Program-made: the position numbers and the translations under genes
Shown: positions 26,735 to 32,000 of the stretch, in pieces
Layout of the letters: each line of letters starts with the position of its first letter
Position numbering within the stretch: the stretch's first letter is position 1
Assembly (NCBI RefSeq): GCF_000025125.1
Contig: NC_013771.1
Location: forward strand, 960,001-992,000
Length of the DNA: 32,000 bases
Source: Candidatus Atelocyanobacterium thalassa isolate ALOHA
Lineage (GTDB): Bacteria > Cyanobacteriota > Cyanobacteriia > Cyanobacteriales > Microcystaceae
Reading direction: 5' to 3'
Notes under the pieces: generated by a model
Databases searched by the model: none
Told to the model about the DNA's origin: nothing
What the model saw: the letters and a program-made list of their open reading frames with translations, nothing else

Positions 26735-27250
26735 TTACAAAGAAAAAGCTTTCTTAAATTGAGCTATTTCATCACGGTGACCTGTCAAAATACAACAAGT
26801 AGAGTTGTCTTCTATTTTTTCCGTAGAATGCTCGAAAGATACAGATACTGTCTCAATTTTGCATGCTTTCCTCCAATAAAACAAACCTGTTATGGGAGAT
26901 AAAATTCCTAAGCTTAAGAACATAGGGGTTAGTGGCTGATAAAGAAATGATAATATTAGCCCAAGACATAACAAACCAGTTAAAGATAAAATACTTAAGA
27001 AAATTGCAAGAAACCAGCTAGGACGGACTGTTCCCTCAAAAACAATTTTATTTTCTTGATTAGAGGTGACTTGATAGGATCGTTTTTCAAAGTAATTTTT
27101 AATCTGTTTTATTAAAAGTACTCTAGAGACTTGTAAAATAAGTTTTTCTTTTTCCGTACGTTCTTTTACAGAAGCGCGAATAAAGAAAAATAGTCCTATA
27201 GTTAGTAAAAGCGTTAAAAAAAAAGTAGAAATTAAAGAAAAATTATTCAC
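26735..27250 (-). CDS. conserved membrane protein (3 predicted TM helices), possibly CCB1/DUF3529-like
   Basis: 171 aa with a GTG start. TM1 is followed by FIRASVKERTE, then a soluble stretch, then two adjacent TM helices and a C-terminal ..LTGHRDEI... The CCB1 (cytochrome b6f heme-ci assembly) assignment is from memory of the family and is weak. Confidence 0.55.
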   Translation of the reverse strand: MNNFSLISTFFLTLLLTIGLFFFIRASVKERTEKEKLILQVSRVLLIKQIKNYFEKRSYQVTSNQENKIVFEGTVRPSWFLAIFLSILSLTGLLCLGLILSFLYQPLTPMFLSLGILSPITGLFYWRKACKIETVSVSFEHSTEKIEDNSTCCILTGHRDEIAQFKKAFSL

Positions 27251-27541
27251 AAAAATTAAAGTAATAGTAACTAGATAACAAATTCAAATAGTTCTGACCT
27301 GAATGATTGTAACCTATTAAATATATAAAAAATGACTTTTATTACAAGTTAAATAAAACTAATTGAGATTTTAAAATATAAATACCTCCAATTAAAAGTA
27401 GTTGTTTTTATTAAGTTTTTAATGCTTATATTTAACGTTATCCTTATGATAGTGATGGAATACGCTAATGAAGAAAAAATATATATTTATCATAGGCATC
27501 TACTAAATGTTATTTTAAAAATTAATATTTAGAATGTAATT

Positions 27542-27580
27542 TTTCAGAGTAAAAAAATTGAGAATTTTTTTACTCTGAAA
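27542..27580 (-). terminator. 39-nt perfect palindrome / terminator-like hairpin
   Basis: TTTCAGAGTAAAAAAATT GAG AATTTTTTTACTCTGAAA: perfect 18-bp arms and a 3-nt centre. It lies 37 nt downstream of the stop of the 27617-27853 ORF. Confidence 0.45.
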
Positions 27581-27616
27581 CGCAAGATTTTTTAATTGAT
27601 AATACATTCAGCTTAG

Positions 27617-27853
27617 CTATTCCTCGTTTGTCCTAATTTTAACAAAATTAAAGATAGAAGTTTTAAAGCTAAGTAAAATAATTAAGCTTAAAACATGAAT
27701 AAGCCAATGTGAAATTACTAAACTCCAGACGACAAACACTAGAGCGCTTGAGAAGGCAAGGACTCCAAAAATATCATTGCTAGTACGTTGATACCGTAAG
27801 ATGCTTCCAATGAAAATTATAAAAAATAGAAGTGGAAAAACATAAAATATCAT
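27617..27853 (-). CDS. small hypothetical membrane protein (78 aa from the ATG; 80 aa from the upstream TTG)
   Basis: Three hydrophobic helices (MIFYVFPLLFFIIFIGSIL..., GVLAFSSALVFVVWSLVI, LIHVLSLIILLSF). A strong hairpin follows the stop. No homology evidence. Confidence 0.4.
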   Translation of the reverse strand: MIFYVFPLLFFIIFIGSILRYQRTSNDIFGVLAFSSALVFVVWSLVISHWLIHVLSLIILLSFKTSIFNFVKIRTNEE

Positions 27854-28779
27854 AGACAATTATCTTCCAATTTCTTAAATAGTTAAATGTCCATAAAACA
27901 ATTGCTACTAGGTTTGATGTTTGGACATCTTTATTCTTCAACAATAATATTATCTTATATTAGATTGTAGTAATATAAACTATTTAATTGAGATATCGTA
28001 AGAAATCTTCGCATAACTTTAAGTTCGAGTAAATTATTTCAATTGATGATATTAATTTTTCCTAAAATCATAACGGTCCATAAAAGTACTACCACAGCAC
28101 GTTTAACAAAGAATTAGCTTAATTTCCAAGAAAATAAATAATTATAATCATCTTGTAATAAGATAATTATTTTTAAATATAAAGTCTTATCGATCAAGAC
28201 ATATTGGACTTAACTAAGAACCAAATAAAAAATCTGTTTAGTAAATTATCGAAAAGTTAAAATTAATTATAGAAGACTAAAATAAAAACTTACTTCACAT
28301 GATTTTACGTATAACAAAAAATATTTTATCAACTTCTTTTTTATCTTGTCTTTTGTTTTAAAAATTATTTTGATTGTAAATTAAAATAGAACCAAATATT
28401 ACAGAAAGATCTTCAGCTCACAATCTTATTTTTTATCTATTTTCTTTTAGTATATAAAAAACAATAATTTTTATAGTTTATTTATCTTGAAAAAGTAAAT
28501 TTTCAATGTTAGCTTTTCAAAATATTTACATTTACATAAACTTTTGAAGACTTTATTTATTTTTTGCTAAAAAGGAACTAACGACAGAAACTGTTAGTCT
28601 AGTGAAAAGCGTCTATATATACATTTTTTAAAAATTATTTTCAATAGGTCAAGGCTACAAAAAAAATTCAGAAAAATCTGATATAGTGCGCAATTTATAT
28701 TAGGATTCTTTATAAAAGTTATTAAGAATTTTATCAAGTAATTGAAATACATAAATTTATAAAGTATGAGGGTATTTTT

Positions 28780-29532
28780 ATGAAATCATTAGTTCGCTGG
28801 GGAACAACTATGGGCTTGATAGCAAGCACTCTATTGACATCTTGGTTAGGAAAGGTGCCAAAAGTTTTAGCTTTGCCTGAAGCTGATATTGTTAAGCTAT
28901 TACAATCGGTTCCTGTCTTTACTATTACTACGGAAGAAGGAGGTCCTTTAGTTGCAACAGTGGAAAATAATCAAAAAGTAACACAAGTCTTTATGAGTTT
29001 AAAAGATGCTGATGGTTTCTTAGATAAACTTCGTAAGCATCAGCCAGATGTCGGAAATAAGGTCAAGGTACAACCTGTTTCTTTAGGAGAAATATATCGT
29101 TTCGCTATAGCTAATAATAGTGACACACAAAAAGAACCGCTTCAATTTGTTTATGTCCCTATGAAAAGTGCCATAGATTCGGCCAAAAAACTTTTAGATA
29201 CTAAAGGACAGGAATATAAAGGTGGTGTTCCTTTATTTCTTTTGAGAGGTGGTCCTGAAAATAGTATGTTGACCATTCAACAAAATGATCAAGAAGTTAT
29301 TCCTCTCTTTTTTGAAGAAGCTCCCATTCAAGCCATCACAGAAAAAATGAAGAAGGATCAGCCAAATATTGCTCAAACAATAAAAGTTGAAGTAGTTCCT
29401 TTAGAGAATGTAATCGGATTATTGCAAACAAAAGATGATGAAGCACTAAAGCAAATACAATTAGTGCCATCTGAAGAAACTATTCAGTTTATCCAAAATA
29501 AAATAAAACTACAGCAAGCTCAAGAAGGTTAA
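28780..29532 (+). CDS. Tic22-like periplasmic protein (cyanobacterial homologue of the plastid Tic22)
   Basis: 250 aa. Signal peptide MKSLVRWGTTMGLIASTLLTSWLGKVPKVLA. Two repeats of the Tic22 pattern (LQSVPVFTITTEEGGPLV...QVFMSLKDADGFL.. and ..GVPLFLLRGGPENSMLTIQQNDQEVIPLFFEE..). Confidence 0.72.
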   Translation: MKSLVRWGTTMGLIASTLLTSWLGKVPKVLALPEADIVKLLQSVPVFTITTEEGGPLVATVENNQKVTQVFMSLKDADGFLDKLRKHQPDVGNKVKVQPVSLGEIYRFAIANNSDTQKEPLQFVYVPMKSAIDSAKKLLDTKGQEYKGGVPLFLLRGGPENSMLTIQQNDQEVIPLFFEEAPIQAITEKMKKDQPNIAQTIKVEVVPLENVIGLLQTKDDEALKQIQLVPSEETIQFIQNKIKLQQAQEG

Positions 29533-29554
29533 AGTATTTAACTACCAATTATTT

Positions 29555-29592
29555 ACATTCAAGATATCTTAAAACTGAGAAATCTTGAATGT
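29555..29592 (+). terminator. terminator-like hairpin downstream of the Tic22-like gene
   Basis: ACATTCAAGAT (29555-29565) and ATCTTGAATGT (29582-29592) form a perfect 11-bp stem with a 16-nt loop, followed by T-rich sequence. It starts 23 nt after the stop codon. Confidence 0.45.
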
Positions 29593-30050
29593 TTACATTT
29601 ATCTTTCATTATCTATAGGAACCATATTATAAAAAGTAATTTGTTAATAAGTATTGAGTACAAGATATAAAATTCAAAAAAAGAAAAATAATAATACTCT
29701 CTATTTCTTAGATAAAGGCTTCTATTACAGCTTTTAACTTGTTTTAAAAGTTTGGCTAAATTCTAGATATAATTAAAATAAGCTGAGTTTCATACAAAAA
29801 TTATTATAATTATTGATATACTTTTTTAATTTTAAGATAGAAGATATATAAATATTTAAAATTTATTTGGACTAATGATAAAAAGTAATGATTAATCATT
29901 AGCTTAGTTATTAAGAATATGGGGAAAAACTTGTAATATCTCACTATTTTTTTAGGCTAAAGAGATAAAAAGTAATATAAATAAATGATTAACTGTTTAT
30001 ACTTATAATCACTAGGTGAGTTTACAATATTTATATTCTAAATAACAATT

Positions 30051-32000
30051 ATGGGAAAATTTAAAGCAAGAGAATTAATAAATAAACAGTTACTTTCCCG
30101 TAAGAGAAATAATGAACTGAAATTTCTAGGACATATTTTTACTTCATTATCCTTAGGCATAATCTCTTTAAATACTATTTTTCCAGCATCTGCACGTACA
30201 TCTGAAGAATTAATTAGTTGCGACATGCTAATTGTAGGTGCTGGATTATCAGGTTCTGCTGCTGCCTACGAAGGTTTATTAGCAGGAAAGACTGTTTGTT
30301 TAACTGAATTAACTGATTGGGTCGGAGGGCAAATTTCCTCACAAGGTAATTCAGCTTTTGATGAAGGGAAACAACAAAGATCATTACAGCATTTTTCTCG
30401 AGGATATAATGTTTTAAGAAATAATATTGCTCGTTTTTATAATCGACAAAATCCTGGAGAATGTTGGGTTAGCGAAAGTTGTTTTTTACCATCTCATGGT
30501 CATCAGCTATTATATAAACAATTAAAGAAGGCCGAGCAAAGCGGTAATGGAACTTTAAAATGGTTCCCATCAACTGTTGTTAAAGAGATAGAATTAAGCG
30601 AGAATAATAGGTTAATACAAAGTGCTATTGCTATCCAACATAGTCCTACCGATTCAGATCTTTATCTGCATAAAGAACCACTCTCTCATACTATTAAGGA
30701 TATTTACAGTTATAGTGACTCTGAGCGTTTTAAAAAAAGAATTATTCGTTTCCAGGCAAAATCTCAGGGAAAAAGTTCTACTAATTGGTTTGTAATAGAA
30801 ACAACTGAAACAGGAGAAATAATTGCTCTAGCTGATATTCCATATAATTTGGGATTAGATCCTTTAAATCATTTTAATCCATCATCTCCAACAAAGAATA
30901 GAGATCCTTATTGTCTACAAGGTTTTACATATCCTTTTGCAATGGAAAGAACAGCAAGTTCTCAAAACCAAAGCAAACCAAAATTTTATGATAAATATAA
31001 ACCTTACTATGGATACGATAATGATCGTCGACTAGCTCATTTCGATCTGGTATTTACTTATCGAAGGATTTGGACTCCTCGTAAGGGAAGACTAGTAAAG
31101 ACTGGCCCCCTTAAAGTTAATGAGCCTAGTTCTGGAGATATTTCTATGCAAAATTGGCTATGGGGAAATGATTACCGGCCAGGAACATCTCAAGATAATC
31201 TTGTATATACTCGTCAGCAATTAAAAGAGAAAGGACAATTAGAAAAAGGTAAATGGGAGGGAGGTTTACGCACAGAAACTTTGAGGAAAGGAGAGGAATT
31301 ATCTCTAGGATTTTATTATTGGTTAGTAGCAGGAACCACTGATTCTCGCCTAGGTAATAATATTAAAAAACCATCTTTAAATCATCGTCTATTAAAAGGT
31401 CTTAGTTCTCCTATGGGTACTAAGCATGGACTATCTAAGTATCCTTATATTAGAGAAGGAAGACGTATTATTGGAAGACCTTCTTATGATCATCCAAATG
31501 GATTTTCTGTAAATGAGATTGATATCTCAACTAAAGATTATTGGAATAATTTTTATCGTACCTCTTTACCTCGACCAATGTATCAAAGAGTATGGTCAAC
31601 CATTGCTAATTTAGAATCAAGGATAATGACATTAAGTAACCGTCCTTCATATTTAGTAACTAGACGCACCCATGCAACAATTTATCCAGATTCTGTCGGT
31701 GTTACCCAATATATGATCGATTTTCATCCATGTATGGTCTTATCTCCTCCAGAAAAATCAGGAAACCTTGAAAGAAGAGAAGTCCGTGTAGCTCATGGTT
31801 CAGCTCATCCAGCACAAATTCCTTTAAGAGCTATGATTCCTCAAAAAATAGATAATTTAATTGTTTCTGGGAAAAATATAGCTACCAGTCACATCGCAGC
31901 AGCAGCATATAGGGTACATGGATTTGAATGGTCAGTAGGAGCAGCGGCTGGTACATTGGCTAGCTTTTCTTTAGAGAAAGATATTTTACCCTATGAGTTA
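30051..32000 (+). CDS. FAD-dependent oxidoreductase (FAD_oxidored/PF12831-like), N-terminal signal or anchor, 3'-truncated by the window edge
   Basis: Not in the ORF track because there is no stop in the window. Hand translation of frame 3 from the ATG at 30051 (preceded by an in-frame TAA at 30039) stays open to nt 32000, giving 650 codons. N-terminus: MGKFKARELINKQLLSRKRNNELKFLGHIFTSLSLGIISLNTIFPASA. Dinucleotide fold: DMLIVGAGLSGSAAAYEGLLAGKTVCLTELTDWVGGQ. Late motifs: ...IPLRAMIPQKIDNLIVSGKNIATSHIAAAAYRVHGFEWSVGAAAG. Confidence 0.8.
   Translation, partial: MGKFKARELINKQLLSRKRNNELKFLGHIFTSLSLGIISLNTIFPASARTSEELISCDMLIVGAGLSGSAAAYEGLLAGKTVCLTELTDWVGGQISSQGNSAFDEGKQQRSLQHFSRGYNVLRNNIARFYNRQNPGECWVSESCFLPSHGHQLLYKQLKKAEQSGNGTLKWFPSTVVKEIELSENNRLIQSAIAIQHSPTDSDLYLHKEPLSHTIKDIYSYSDSERFKKRIIRFQAKSQGKSSTNWFVIETTETGEIIALADIPYNLGLDPLNHFNPSSPTKNRDPYCLQGFTYPFAMERTASSQNQSKPKFYDKYKPYYGYDNDRRLAHFDLVFTYRRIWTPRKGRLVKTGPLKVNEPSSGDISMQNWLWGNDYRPGTSQDNLVYTRQQLKEKGQLEKGKWEGGLRTETLRKGEELSLGFYYWLVAGTTDSRLGNNIKKPSLNHRLLKGLSSPMGTKHGLSKYPYIREGRRIIGRPSYDHPNGFSVNEIDISTKDYWNNFYRTSLPRPMYQRVWSTIANLESRIMTLSNRPSYLVTRRTHATIYPDSVGVTQYMIDFHPCMVLSPPEKSGNLERREVRVAHGSAHPAQIPLRAMIPQKIDNLIVSGKNIATSHIAAAAYRVHGFEWSVGAAAGTLASFSLEKDILPYEL

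Noticed and set aside
27421-27531. 36-codon ORF (MLIFNVILMIVMEYANEEKIYIYHRHLLNVILKINI) and other ORFs of 20-27 codons in the long spacers (for example 27887-27970 and 9907-9969)
   Set aside because: They have no resemblance to known small photosynthetic or ribosomal proteins, no ribosome-binding sites, and a composition typical of random AT-rich frames.
30038-30226. 62-aa minus-strand ORF listed in the track
   Set aside because: It is antisense to the N-terminal region of the 650+-codon FAD-oxidoreductase frame, which has a signal sequence and a GxGxxG fold. The long plus-strand frame explains the region.
1-32000. Search for CRISPR arrays, IS elements or MITE families, toxin-antitoxin pairs, defence islands, inteins, group I/II introns and programmed frameshifts
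   Set aside because: I saw no spaced direct repeats, transposase or integrase ORFs, or interrupted conserved genes. tRNA-Leu here is the UAG isoacceptor and is intron-less. All conserved genes read through in one frame.

Overview
AT-rich (about 30% GC by eye) chromosomal segment of a cyanobacterium. The lineage call rests on a stand-alone RNA polymerase gamma subunit (rpoC1, 629 aa), a Tic22-like periplasmic protein, GAF-type histidine kinases including a Hik2-like one, accD, mutS2, a plastid-like tRNA-Glu(UUC), and one HIP1 octamer (GCGATCGC). About four-fifths of the window is coding by my feature tally. The rest is long, ORF-free, very AT-rich spacer of 450-920 bp. This fits a reduced-genome unicellular cyanobacterium such as UCYN-A/Atelocyanobacterium or a diatom spheroid body, but that is inference only and cannot be verified here.

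Gene content, left to right:
- gmhA-gmhB plus three glycosyltransferase-like genes (a heptose-glycan module)
- ald, convergent with mutS2
- tRNA-Glu and accD
- a DICT-GAF histidine kinase and tRNA-Leu(UAG)
- a peptide/nickel-type ABC substrate-binding protein and one permease
- a GNAT-like protein and a small hypothetical
- a UPF0182 membrane protein
- rpoC1 and a deoC-like gene
- a Hik2-like kinase and three small or membrane proteins
- a Tic22-like gene
- a large FAD-dependent oxidoreductase that runs off the right edge and is missing from the ORF track

I see no CRISPR array, IS or transposase, integrase, phage genes, defence-type genes or secondary-metabolite cluster. I cannot honestly nominate a novel multi-gene system.

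The observations most worth a second look are:
- a DeoC homologue with substitutions at two catalytic positions, by my by-eye alignment
- rpoC1 with neither rpoB nor rpoC2 beside it
- the heptose/glycosyltransferase cluster
- a set of long perfect AT-rich palindromes at gene 3' ends
- a perfect NtcA-type palindrome in a divergent promoter region
- a 920-bp ORF-free spacer
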